DNA from: Dehalococcoidia bacterium
GTDB taxonomy: Bacteria; Chloroflexota; Dehalococcoidia; Lucifugimonadales; UBA3495
Length of the DNA: 64,000 nt
Assembly: GCA_965221385.1 (NCBI GenBank)
Contig: OZ244885.1
Coordinates: forward strand, 2,325,314-2,389,313
Reading direction: 5' to 3'
Made by a program: the position numbers and the translations under genes. Below, one piece after another: positions 47,065 to 56,031 of this stretch. Within the stretch, counting starts at the first letter, position 1; each line of letters opens with the position of its first letter. Below the pieces are notes generated by a model, which saw only the letters and a program-made list of their open reading frames with translations, did no database searches and was not told where the DNA came from.

Positions 47065-47733
47065 GTGCCGATGAGGCCAAGCGCAAATATAATTCCACTG
47101 GCCATTGCAGGATTGGTCGCTATCGGCGTTGTTGGGTTCCTGGTCGCAGTATTATTCATTTCCTGGTTCTCCAGCCCGCCCTTTGGTCTGGGCAATGCCC
47201 CAGCGCAACCCATTCCCTTTCCCCACACGGTCCACGCCGGCGCCCCGGAGGAGGGTGGCGCGGGCATAGCCTGTGAATTCTGTCACCGCAATGTTACGGA
47301 AGGCGCGGCTGCAACCGTTCCCTCCGTGGAGCAGTGTGTTTTCTGCCACCAGCAGATCAACCCAGAGAATTTGGTGGCCCTCTCCGACGCCAACCAGGAC
47401 CGGATGCAGTTGGTGGTGGACACCTTCAACGACAATGCTCCCATCGACTGGGAACGGGTGCATCGGGTCCCCGACCACGTGAGGTTCGTCCACGAGGCTC
47501 ACATCCGTTTCCTGACCGAGGGCGAATCCCGCAGCGTGGCCATGCCCATGGGAGATGGGCAGCCCAGGCAGTTGCCCATGACCACCCAACAGGCCTGTTC
47601 CGTTTGCCACGGCGATGTGGCCAACATGAGGGTGGTGCAGCCCACGCCGGGTCAATCGCTGAAGATGGGTACCTGCGTGGATTGCCACCGGGAGTTGAAT
47701 GTGGGCACGGACTGTACCATCTGCCATAAGTAG
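47065..47733 (+). CDS. actA: Alternative complex III pentaheme cytochrome c subunit ActA
   Basis: 222 aa. N-terminal TM anchor and five CxxCH motifs (CEFCH, CVFCH, CSVCH, CVDCH, CTICH). Confidence 0.85.
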   Translation: MPMRPSANIIPLAIAGLVAIGVVGFLVAVLFISWFSSPPFGLGNAPAQPIPFPHTVHAGAPEEGGAGIACEFCHRNVTEGAAATVPSVEQCVFCHQQINPENLVALSDANQDRMQLVVDTFNDNAPIDWERVHRVPDHVRFVHEAHIRFLTEGESRSVAMPMGDGQPRQLPMTTQQACSVCHGDVANMRVVQPTPGQSLKMGTCVDCHRELNVGTDCTICHK

Positions 47734-47783
47734 TTCCTTAACTGGTAGCAGGCGCAAGCCAAACTGAGCAAAGGCATCTGAGT

Positions 47784-50084
47784 ATGAAATTTACACGGCG
47801 CAATTTCCTGGCCTGGGCCGGCCTGTCCGCTCTCGGAGCGGTGGCTTGCGATGTGATCCAGGACGAGGAACTGAGCCTCCAAAGTCCCGCCTCCCTGCCG
47901 GAAGACCTGGTAAAGGGGAGGGATACTTGGTACGCCACCCTGGGTCGCCAGGCTACCGATGGCGAGGGCATCATCGTCCGAGTCATGGAGGGGCGCGCCA
48001 AGAAGATTCAGGGCAACCCCAAGTACCCGGTCAACCAGGGTAAGCAGAGCGTCCGCTCTGAAGCCGGCCTGCAGGCTCTGTACCATCCGGACCGGATTGC
48101 CGGTCCCATGGTGCGCAATGGGCCGAGGGGTTCGGGCCTTTACCGGTCAATACAGTGGGAGCCGGAGGCCCTGGACATGCTGCGCCGGGAGTTGCGGGCC
48201 CGCAGCGAGGGCATGGTCCTGATTACGGAGCCCCTGCGCGGTCATCTGGGGATGATTGCCGACCGTTTTGCCACCTCCCTGGGTGGGCGCCACCTGGGAT
48301 TTGAGGCGCTGGACAGCGGCGCCTACCGTTCCGCAATCAAGGGCGTATTCGGCCAGGACCGGTTGCCCGATTTCGATATTGCCAACGCCAACTATATCAT
48401 TTCCTTCGGCGCCGATTTCCTTTCCACCTGGGGCGCTACCACCCGTCTCTCGACGGCCTATGGCGAGTTTCGCCAGGGGAACAAGCGGCAGACCCAGGGC
48501 GACCGGGGATACCTGGTTCACGTTGATCCCCGTTTTTCGATGACGGCGGCAAACGCCGATGAATGGCTACCCATCCGACCCGGCATGGAGGGTTACCTGG
48601 CCCTGAGCCTGGCTTACGTGATTATTAGTGAAGGTATGCAGGCCGAAGGCGTGGATGTGGACGCCCTCACCGGTGGCCAGGGGGCCGCGGCACTGGCGGC
48701 CTTCGCCCCGGAGAGTATCGCCGGTTCGTTGGGTATTCCCCAGGAACTGCACGAGGGCAAGTCCGGAGCGGAAAAGATTCGCGACCTGGCTGCCAATTTC
48801 GCCAAGCATCCGCCGGCCATTGCCCTGGGCGGTGACAGCGCCGGCGCTCACACTAATGGCCAGTTCAACCTGATGGCGATTTATGCCCTGAATTACCTGG
48901 TGGGCAGCGTGGGCAGTCCCGGCGGCATTCGATTCAACCCCGCCAGCCCTCTGGGCAATCTTCCCGACGCCGCCTCTGTGGGAAACCTTCAGGATTGGGC
49001 CGGCGTGGTAAGCGACATAGGTAGTGGACGCACCCGCCTGGTGATGGTGCATGAGGCTAATCCGGTGCATGGTCTGCCAGCTTCCCTGGGGTTTGGCGGC
49101 GCGCTTAACCGGGATGATCTGTTCATCGTGAGTTTCTCCTCCTTCATGGACGAGACTACCGTTATGGCCGATCTGATTCTTCCCGATCGGGTGTTCCTGG
49201 AGGATTGGGGGGATGATGTGCCGGAACCCGGCCCCGGCTATGAAGTCATTGGGATGCAGCAGCCGGTGGTTAACCCCCTGGGCGACCTGGACCCCCGCAG
49301 TTTCGGGGATATTCTGTTGAGCATGGCCCAGGAGATGGGGCAGGAGAGTGAGCTCCCTTGGCCCAGCGTGGAGGCGGCCATGAGGGCCGGAGTTGAAGCC
49401 CTCTACGGTACCGGACGTGGCACTTCCAGCCAGGTTGCATCCGCTCCTGAGCTTTGGAATCTGATGTTGCGTCAGGGTGGCTGGTGGGACGAAGCGGCCA
49501 CTGGCCCGGTGCCCAACGCGCCCGGCAGTCTGTTGGGCGACATTGCCGCCTCGGCCCGGGAGCCGGGGTACGCAGGCAGTGGTGACTTTTACCTGCTGCC
49601 CTTCGCCCACAACACCCTGCTGGATGGCAGGAACGGTCACATTCCCTGGATGCAGAATGTGCCAGACCCGGTGACTACGGTAGCTTGGCAGACGTGGGTG
49701 GAATTGAACAGCGCCACCGCGGCCCGGCTGGACCTGCGGGAAGGTGACGTGGTTAGCGTTGCCACGGATTCAGGCAGCATTACCGGCGTCCTTTATCCCA
49801 ATCCTGCCCTTCCGCCGAATGTGGTGGCAGTGCCGTTGGGACAGGGACGGAGGGTCGGTTCCGACTTCGCCACGGGCAGGGATGCCAGGGAGAGCGCCAA
49901 TGCCCTGGATCTGCTGTCCCCCGGTCATCTTACGGAGAGTGGTTCCCTGGCCTGGGCCGGACATCGGGCGACCGTCCGGGGGACGGGAGAGAGCCTGAAG
50001 ATTTCCAAGTTTGAAGGTATTTTCCCGGCAAGGGAGATTGGCCACACCCCCGGCGAGCAGGTGGTTGACGTAACGAACCATTAG
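47784..50084 (+). CDS. actB: ACIII subunit ActB, molybdopterin-oxidoreductase-like module (B1), separate polypeptide
   Basis: 766 aa. Twin-arginine signal MKFTRRNFLAWAGLSALGAVA and complex-iron-sulfur-molybdoenzyme-like architecture. Confidence 0.85.
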   Translation: MKFTRRNFLAWAGLSALGAVACDVIQDEELSLQSPASLPEDLVKGRDTWYATLGRQATDGEGIIVRVMEGRAKKIQGNPKYPVNQGKQSVRSEAGLQALYHPDRIAGPMVRNGPRGSGLYRSIQWEPEALDMLRRELRARSEGMVLITEPLRGHLGMIADRFATSLGGRHLGFEALDSGAYRSAIKGVFGQDRLPDFDIANANYIISFGADFLSTWGATTRLSTAYGEFRQGNKRQTQGDRGYLVHVDPRFSMTAANADEWLPIRPGMEGYLALSLAYVIISEGMQAEGVDVDALTGGQGAAALAAFAPESIAGSLGIPQELHEGKSGAEKIRDLAANFAKHPPAIALGGDSAGAHTNGQFNLMAIYALNYLVGSVGSPGGIRFNPASPLGNLPDAASVGNLQDWAGVVSDIGSGRTRLVMVHEANPVHGLPASLGFGGALNRDDLFIVSFSSFMDETTVMADLILPDRVFLEDWGDDVPEPGPGYEVIGMQQPVVNPLGDLDPRSFGDILLSMAQEMGQESELPWPSVEAAMRAGVEALYGTGRGTSSQVASAPELWNLMLRQGGWWDEAATGPVPNAPGSLLGDIAASAREPGYAGSGDFYLLPFAHNTLLDGRNGHIPWMQNVPDPVTTVAWQTWVELNSATAARLDLREGDVVSVATDSGSITGVLYPNPALPPNVVAVPLGQGRRVGSDFATGRDARESANALDLLSPGHLTESGSLAWAGHRATVRGTGESLKISKFEGIFPAREIGHTPGEQVVDVTNH

Positions 50085-50176
50085 GGTTGGCGAAGGTCCG
50101 TATTTCCCATCGTTGGGCCCTCGGACGAATTAAGCGTACAGGATGCAACACATCCGATTCCAGAACGGGAAGAGTG

Positions 50177-50968
50177 ATGGTAACTACTCGAATTGACCAT
50201 AAGTGGGGAATGGTGGTTGACCTGGACCGTTGCAACGGCTGCCAGGCCTGCGTTGTTGCCTGCCAGGTGGAGAACAACATCCCCCTCAATGACAAAAACG
50301 CCTTCCTCCAGAATCGGGCCTATGAGTGGATTCGGGTGGAGCGGTATTGGGAAGGGGAGTACCCCAATATCAAGGCTCGCTTCATTCCGGTGATGTGCCA
50401 GCACTGCGAGAACGCGCCCTGTGAACCGGTTTGCCCGGTTTTCGCCACCTACCATAACGATGAAGGATTGAATGTTCAGTTGTACAATCGGTGCGTGGGC
50501 ACCCGGTACTGCATCAACAACTGTCCTTACCAGGTCCGGTTCTTCAATTACTGGCATCCCAATTGGCCGGAACGGTTGCAGAACCAATTGAATCCCGATG
50601 TGACGGTGCGTACTCGGGGTATTACGGAGAAGTGCACCTTCTGCGTACAGCGATTGCGCCGGGGTCAATTGCAGGTGGAGCGCCGGTCCGGGGGCGAACT
50701 GGACGATGGCAGCCTCAAGGCCGGCAATTATATGCCCGCCTGTGTCCAGGCCTGTCCCACCAATGCCCTTGTCTTCGGCGACCAGAACGATGTGCATAGC
50801 CCGATCAAGCCCTACTTCGAGGATGTGAACCGGCACAACATTCACCATGAGAAGGAGCGCACCACTCGCGGCTACCGAATGTTGGAAGAGATGAATGCCA
50901 AGCCCAACGTAATCTATTTGAAGAAGGTTGATCCCAACCTGGATTCCAGTGGCGGTAATCATGGCTAG
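50177..50968 (+). CDS. actB: ACIII subunit ActB, 4Fe-4S ferredoxin module (B2), separate polypeptide
   Basis: Start moved to ATG 50177. HKWGMVVDLDRCNGCQACVVACQVEN is the typical N-terminus of NrfC/PsrB-type subunits. Further clusters at CQHCENAPCEPVCP, CVGTRYCINNCP and CVQACP. Confidence 0.85.
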   Translation: MVTTRIDHKWGMVVDLDRCNGCQACVVACQVENNIPLNDKNAFLQNRAYEWIRVERYWEGEYPNIKARFIPVMCQHCENAPCEPVCPVFATYHNDEGLNVQLYNRCVGTRYCINNCPYQVRFFNYWHPNWPERLQNQLNPDVTVRTRGITEKCTFCVQRLRRGQLQVERRSGGELDDGSLKAGNYMPACVQACPTNALVFGDQNDVHSPIKPYFEDVNRHNIHHEKERTTRGYRMLEEMNAKPNVIYLKKVDPNLDSSGGNHG

Positions 50969-52391
50969 CAGCGCTGAACACCACCAGGTGGGTGGCCACG
51001 GGCATCATGCTGGAATGTGGGTCTTTCCCCGGCGGGAAGCGGTAACGTCCGATGTTGCCGGCAAGACCTTCTCGATGCCTTCCGGTTATAAGCTGGCCCT
51101 GGGCATTGCGCTGATACTGACCGCCCTGGGCGTGGTGGGCTTCATCGCCCGTGCCGGGGCCGATGGTTTCGACAGCCCCGGACCCTGGGGCTACTACGCC
51201 GCCATCTTTTCCTTCGTGTTCATGGTGACCGGCGCGGCTCCGCTGGTGGCGGCGGCCTTCCGGTTTACCAAGAGCCATTGGCGCCGACCCCTGTCCCGGG
51301 TGGCGGAGATGTTCGCGCTGGTGGGCGTGGTGAACGTAGTACTGTTTATACCGCTCCTGATGGTGATGCCGCCCATCTACAACGCCGCCGCAGAAGGGAC
51401 CGATTTGTCGGTCAGGCGAACCATCTGGTTCGAGGTGCCCTATGGCGCTCCATACGCCTGGGATTTCCTGTGCTTCGTGGGCTTGGCCCTGTGCAGCCTG
51501 GCGATTCTGTGGCTCTCGGCGACTCCCGACATGGCTCAGGCCAGGGTGACTGCCACGGGATTCCGCCGGGCCTTGTATGGCGGGCTGGCCGGGTGGTGGT
51601 ACGGCACCAAGCGGCAGTGGAACCAGCATCGGGCCGGTTTGGCCCTGCTGGGCGCGTTCTATTTCATGTTCCTGATTTTCGTGCAGTTTGTCTTCATTAC
51701 CGAGTTCGCCATGAGCATGGTGCCCTTCTGGAAGGATTCGGTGTTGCCGCCCATGTTCACGGTTATGAGCTTTCAGACCTCGCTGGGTTTGATTCTCATC
51801 GTCATGTTCATCATGCGAAAGTGGGGTGGCTACGAGGGCTACCTGGGCAAGGCCCCCTTTTGGTCAGCCAGTAAGATTCTGTTGGGCCTCACCCTGCTGT
51901 GGACCTATCATCTGTTTGCCTTCTTCATTACCTATTGGTATGGCCGCCTTGAGGTTGAGCAGAACATCCTGAAGTATGTTTTCGTGCAGCCATACCTGGT
52001 CATGTTCCTGGGGAATATGCTGTTCAGCTTCCTGATTCCCTTCCTGATGCTGATCTGGAATCCCCTGCGCCGGAGCGCCTGGGGCGCGCCATTGGCGGGA
52101 TTGGCGGCGCTGGTGGGCGGATTGTTGTTCAACTTGAGAACCTTTGCCGCCGCCTTCAACACGGGGAATCATTACGAGTTTGCCCTGTCGTCGGTGCCGG
52201 CGGCGGTCTGGCCCGATATGTGGGATGTGTTCATGGTTCTGGGCGGCTTGGGCATCGTGGCCCTGGTATTTCTTGTGGGCGCGAAGCTGTTGCCGTTGAT
52301 GTCCATCTGGGAAGTGAAGGAAGGAACTCTCTACCAGAGGATGGATAGGTTGATGAAGGGCGAGTACCTGGTGCTTGCCAAACCTGAATAG
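50961..52391 (+). CDS. ACIII NrfD-family membrane subunit (divergent, ActF-like)
   Basis: ATG 50961 overlaps the B2 stop by 8 nt (ATGGCTAG). About 10 hydrophobic segments. His-rich N-terminus. Assignment as ActC versus ActF is uncertain. Confidence 0.8.
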   Translation: MASSAEHHQVGGHGHHAGMWVFPRREAVTSDVAGKTFSMPSGYKLALGIALILTALGVVGFIARAGADGFDSPGPWGYYAAIFSFVFMVTGAAPLVAAAFRFTKSHWRRPLSRVAEMFALVGVVNVVLFIPLLMVMPPIYNAAAEGTDLSVRRTIWFEVPYGAPYAWDFLCFVGLALCSLAILWLSATPDMAQARVTATGFRRALYGGLAGWWYGTKRQWNQHRAGLALLGAFYFMFLIFVQFVFITEFAMSMVPFWKDSVLPPMFTVMSFQTSLGLILIVMFIMRKWGGYEGYLGKAPFWSASKILLGLTLLWTYHLFAFFITYWYGRLEVEQNILKYVFVQPYLVMFLGNMLFSFLIPFLMLIWNPLRRSAWGAPLAGLAALVGGLLFNLRTFAAAFNTGNHYEFALSSVPAAVWPDMWDVFMVLGGLGIVALVFLVGAKLLPLMSIWEVKEGTLYQRMDRLMKGEYLVLAKPE

Positions 52392-52510
52392 AGACGTTTA
52401 TTTGGTCAGTAAGGTAGGAGGACGGGACGCGGGCTGTTCCGTCCACGGAATTGAGGGGACGCTCCAGTCGTCCTCGGAAACCAGCAAAGGAAGGTAACGC
52501 AGGAGCTTCC

Positions 52511-53887
52511 ATGCAGGAAGGCAGAGTCCTAAGCACAAGAGAGATAAACCGGGATTTGCTACGGTCGATCCTGGATACGCCCCGTTGGTTTTGGCCCGTG
52601 GTTACCGTCCTGGGACTTATCCTGCTGGTTGCGGCCATTGTCATTGGGATCATGGTGAATCGGGGCCTGGGCGTAACCGGCCTCAATCGGCCGGTGGCGT
52701 GGGGTTTCTTCATCACCAATTTCGTTTTTTGGATCGGCATCAGCCATGCCGGCGTGATGCTGTCCGCCATTTTGCGGTTGGCGAAAGCCGAATGGCGCCG
52801 TCCTGCCACCCGCGCCGCCGAGGTGCTGACCCTCTTCTCGCTGATGACCGCCATGATTATGCCTATCGTGCATACCGGGCGGCCCTGGCGAATCCTGTAC
52901 TGGGTTTTCCCCTATGACTTTGCCCGGGGCATCTGGCCCAACATACGAACCCCATTGGTTTGGGACCCCAGCGCTATTTTGACTTATCTCACCTCCAGCA
53001 CCCTGTTTGTGCTCATTGCCTTGATTCCCGACTTTGCGGTGCTGCGGGACCATACCACCGGCATTGCCCATCGCTTCTACAGCGTGTTGGCCATGGGCTG
53101 GGAGGGCAATGCCCGCCAGTGGAAGCTGCAAATTGTGGCTGGTGTTCTGCTTTCGGCATTGATTCTGCCGGTTTTCGTGTCGGTGCATAGCATCGTGTCC
53201 TGGGATTTCGGTATGGCCGTGGCGGTCAAGTCCTGGCATTCGACGGTATTTGCGCCCTACTTCGTGGTTGGCGCGGTGCACTCCGGGGTTTCCGCCGTTA
53301 CCTTCGCGCTGATTCTCCTGCGCTGGTGCTACGGCTGGCAGGACTACATCCGGCACGAACATATTGACGCCCTCGGCCGCCTGCTTATCGTGGTGGCAAC
53401 CGGCTGGTTCTACTTCCTGGTCATGGAGCTCATGTTTGGCATGTATGGCCGGGAGGCGGACGAGCTCATGGTGCGCCAGACCCAGTTCACCTACTGGCCC
53501 TATAACTTCTGGTTCATTGTGTTCGTGGTTACCACCTACTTCATCCCGATTGTGTTGTGGCTCAGCCGGTCATGGCGACGGAACCTGTGGATAATGTCCA
53601 TCGCCTGCATTTCAGTGAACATCGGCATGTGGCTGGAACGTTTCCTGATCATCGTTCCCGGGTTGGTTAACAAGCAGCTCTTCACCTTTGTTTGGGCGGA
53701 CTACCGGCCCAGCATCTTCGAGTACGTTATAGTCGGTTCGACTTTCGCCCTGGTTACGCTGTTGATGCTGTTGTTCAGCCGGGTGTTCCCCCTGGTGCCC
53801 CTGTACGACGTGAAGGAAGGCGATGTGCTGAAGACCCAGGTCAGAATCGGGCGCCGCACGGTGCCGGCAACCTATAGAGAAGATTAG
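52511..53887 (+). CDS. actC: ACIII NrfD-family quinol-interacting membrane subunit (ActC-like)
   Basis: ATG 52511 with AGGAG upstream. GVTGLNRPVAWGFFITNFVFWIGISHAGVMLSAILRL matches the ActC pattern as I recall it. Confidence 0.8.
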   Translation: MQEGRVLSTREINRDLLRSILDTPRWFWPVVTVLGLILLVAAIVIGIMVNRGLGVTGLNRPVAWGFFITNFVFWIGISHAGVMLSAILRLAKAEWRRPATRAAEVLTLFSLMTAMIMPIVHTGRPWRILYWVFPYDFARGIWPNIRTPLVWDPSAILTYLTSSTLFVLIALIPDFAVLRDHTTGIAHRFYSVLAMGWEGNARQWKLQIVAGVLLSALILPVFVSVHSIVSWDFGMAVAVKSWHSTVFAPYFVVGAVHSGVSAVTFALILLRWCYGWQDYIRHEHIDALGRLLIVVATGWFYFLVMELMFGMYGREADELMVRQTQFTYWPYNFWFIVFVVTTYFIPIVLWLSRSWRRNLWIMSIACISVNIGMWLERFLIIVPGLVNKQLFTFVWADYRPSIFEYVIVGSTFALVTLLMLLFSRVFPLVPLYDVKEGDVLKTQVRIGRRTVPATYRED

Positions 53888-53941
53888 CCTCCATTCCGCA
53901 AGGGATTTGCGCTTGAGGTATTGTCAGAGAGGTATTTGAAC

Positions 53942-54448
53942 ATGGCGAGACGTCCTATCTTGGGTTTGTTTGACAGCGCCGATTCGGCCGCCGATGCGGG
54001 CGATGGGCTGCGTCGGGCCGGCATTCCCGAAACCGATGTGGACTATCTGACGGATACGCCCTATCCGGAAGGAGCCTTTGGCGAACGGGAAGAGCCTCAT
54101 CGGCTCTATATATTTCCCTTCATCGGCGCTCTGCTGGGCCTGACTTCCGGCATTTTGCTGACCTCCATGACCCAGGTGGCATATCCGATGGTCACCGGCG
54201 GCAAGCCCATCCTGTCCATTCCTCCCATGGCGGTGGTTTGCTACGAAGGCACCATGCTGGGAGCGATACTGTTCACCGTGCTGGGAATCATCTTCGAGTC
54301 CCGGTTGCCCAAGTTGAAGGCGGGTCTCTACGATTCCCGCATTACCGAGGGTTACATCGGTGTTTTGGTCAACACTGAAGAGGGCCAACATGAGGAGGTC
54401 GCCGGTGTTCTGGGAAGCGCCGGGGCCGTGGATGTGAAGCGGGAGTGA
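53942..54448 (+). CDS. actD: ACIII membrane subunit ActD (DUF3341-like)
   Basis: ATG 53942. A soluble N-terminal domain (ILGLFDSADSAADAGDGLRRAGI) is followed by two hydrophobic segments. Confidence 0.7.
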   Translation: MARRPILGLFDSADSAADAGDGLRRAGIPETDVDYLTDTPYPEGAFGEREEPHRLYIFPFIGALLGLTSGILLTSMTQVAYPMVTGGKPILSIPPMAVVCYEGTMLGAILFTVLGIIFESRLPKLKAGLYDSRITEGYIGVLVNTEEGQHEEVAGVLGSAGAVDVKRE

Positions 54449-55086
54449 GTTCACCAACGGGTTCGTACCCAACAAGGAAGGGCTTGGAACGCCGGATGCT
54501 ACGGAAACCGGCCAAAGCCGGTGGAAGGCAGCAAATGATGAATGTACCGTCTGAAAAACTGAAGACGCTGTTTGCAAGGGGATGGCAGTTGCGATATAGG
54601 ACTTACCTGGGTGGCTTGGCCTTGCTGGTTGCCGTGATGGCTCTGGGTTGTTCCCAGGGTTCCTATCCCCTGGATATTTTCTACGAAATGCACTACCAGC
54701 CTTCCTTCAAGGACCACGAACCGCCGCGCCTGAGCGTACCTGCCAGCGCCGTGCCCTACTACGAGTTACAGGTTTCCAACATGGACGGGGGCGAGTTGTA
54801 CGACATCAACTGTGCTATGTGTCATGGCGCCCTGGGCAAGGGCGATGGCGCCGTCCTCAATACCATGATGGAAACGTATGGTTACGTCCCCAGCGTTCCG
54901 GCAGACTTGACGGCGGTCGACGACCCGCTGATGATTGCGAAGGATGTGGCTAGCGTCACCAGTATCATGGTGGGCGGCCTGACGGTTATGCCCAGTTTCT
55001 CCAAGCTGCTGACACCAGAACAGATCGATGCGGTGGCCAATTACGTGGTGGACTGCTTGCAGGAGGTCAATCCCCAGGGTTGTTAG
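54445..55086 (+). CDS. actE: ACIII monoheme cytochrome c lipoprotein ActE
   Basis: Single CAMCHG heme motif and lipobox VMALGC. The start is ambiguous among GTG 54445 (GTGA overlap with the actD stop), ATG 54496 and ATG 54535. The end is firm. Confidence 0.7.
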   Translation: MSSPTGSYPTRKGLERRMLRKPAKAGGRQQMMNVPSEKLKTLFARGWQLRYRTYLGGLALLVAVMALGCSQGSYPLDIFYEMHYQPSFKDHEPPRLSVPASAVPYYELQVSNMDGGELYDINCAMCHGALGKGDGAVLNTMMETYGYVPSVPADLTAVDDPLMIAKDVASVTSIMVGGLTVMPSFSKLLTPEQIDAVANYVVDCLQEVNPQGC

Positions 55087-55216
55087 CAGGCCGCTAACTT
55101 GTTACTCTCCCCTGAAGAGTAGTCAGGCCGGGTTCCCGGGGAGCGAATTGGCTGTTGAATGGTTGCAAAATGGAGGGCAGGCAGATCGCCTGCCCTCTTG
55201 CCTTTCCCCGGGGCAG

Positions 55217-55819
55217 GTGCGCCACCGGGCGTTGTTCGTGGTGGCCATCGTAATTTCAGTGGTGGCGGTTGCGGCGCTCCTATTCGGTCTGGGCGCCACC
55301 CCCCTCCTCGCCCAGGAACCGGAGGGAGTTTACGACGAGGCCGAGGCCCAGGGCATCGACCGAATGCTGATGTGCCCCGTCTGCCCCGCCGAGTCCATTG
55401 ACCAGGCCCAGGTGCCCCTGGCTCGCCAGATGCGCCAACGGGTGCGGGAAATGCTGGCCCAGGGAGCCACACGGGAGGAGATTCTGGCGTACTTCGCCGA
55501 CCGGTATGGCCAGAATGTCCTTGCCTCGCCGCCCAAGTCGGGGGCAAACTTGCTGGCCTGGCTCCTGCCAGTGTTTGGGTTGGCGGCAGCCCTCATTGCC
55601 GCACTGATGGTTATCCGATCCATGACCGGACGCAATGGCGCCGTTGGTGTTTCCCCATTGGCGGAACAAGATGCCACCGCCCCTGTTGGCGAGTCCGATT
55701 TGGACCGCTACCTGGACGCCGTTGACCGATCTTTGGACATTGGCCATGCTGCTCCCGATCCGGCCGGCGATGGTGATGATGGGAGTGAAAGGCCAATGTC
55801 CGACCCAGAGAAACGTTAG
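55217..55819 (+). CDS. ccmH: CcmH/NrfF-family cytochrome c maturation protein
   Basis: There is no in-frame ATG before the signal peptide. GTG 55217 gives MRHRALFVVAIVISVVAVAALLF. CxxC motif MLMCPVCPAESIDQ and a C-terminal TM segment. The start is uncertain. Confidence 0.7.
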   Translation: MRHRALFVVAIVISVVAVAALLFGLGATPLLAQEPEGVYDEAEAQGIDRMLMCPVCPAESIDQAQVPLARQMRQRVREMLAQGATREEILAYFADRYGQNVLASPPKSGANLLAWLLPVFGLAAALIAALMVIRSMTGRNGAVGVSPLAEQDATAPVGESDLDRYLDAVDRSLDIGHAAPDPAGDGDDGSERPMSDPEKR

Positions 55820-56031
55820 CCTGTTGACCGCCCACCCTCACACCGGCGCGATGGGGTACTGTCCTGTATGGGTATGCCGATGGCCGTGGTTGAAAAGCGG
55901 GGCGGGCCTCTCTACAGTGTATCCAGCGGTTCCGGTCTCCCTGAATGAAGGGGCTTCCCTTCGGATCGGGTTTGACCGGGCCGAATCCATACTGTCCCGG
56001 GGCGGAAGCCGCCCCGTTGCCGGAGGTTTGT

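Noticed and set aside
50082-50179. ActB split as a frameshift pseudogene or assembly error
   Set aside because: The B2 part starts with a normal free-standing NrfC/PsrB-type N-terminus right at an ATG. The B1 part ends cleanly. No truncated domain is evident. It cannot be fully excluded without reads.
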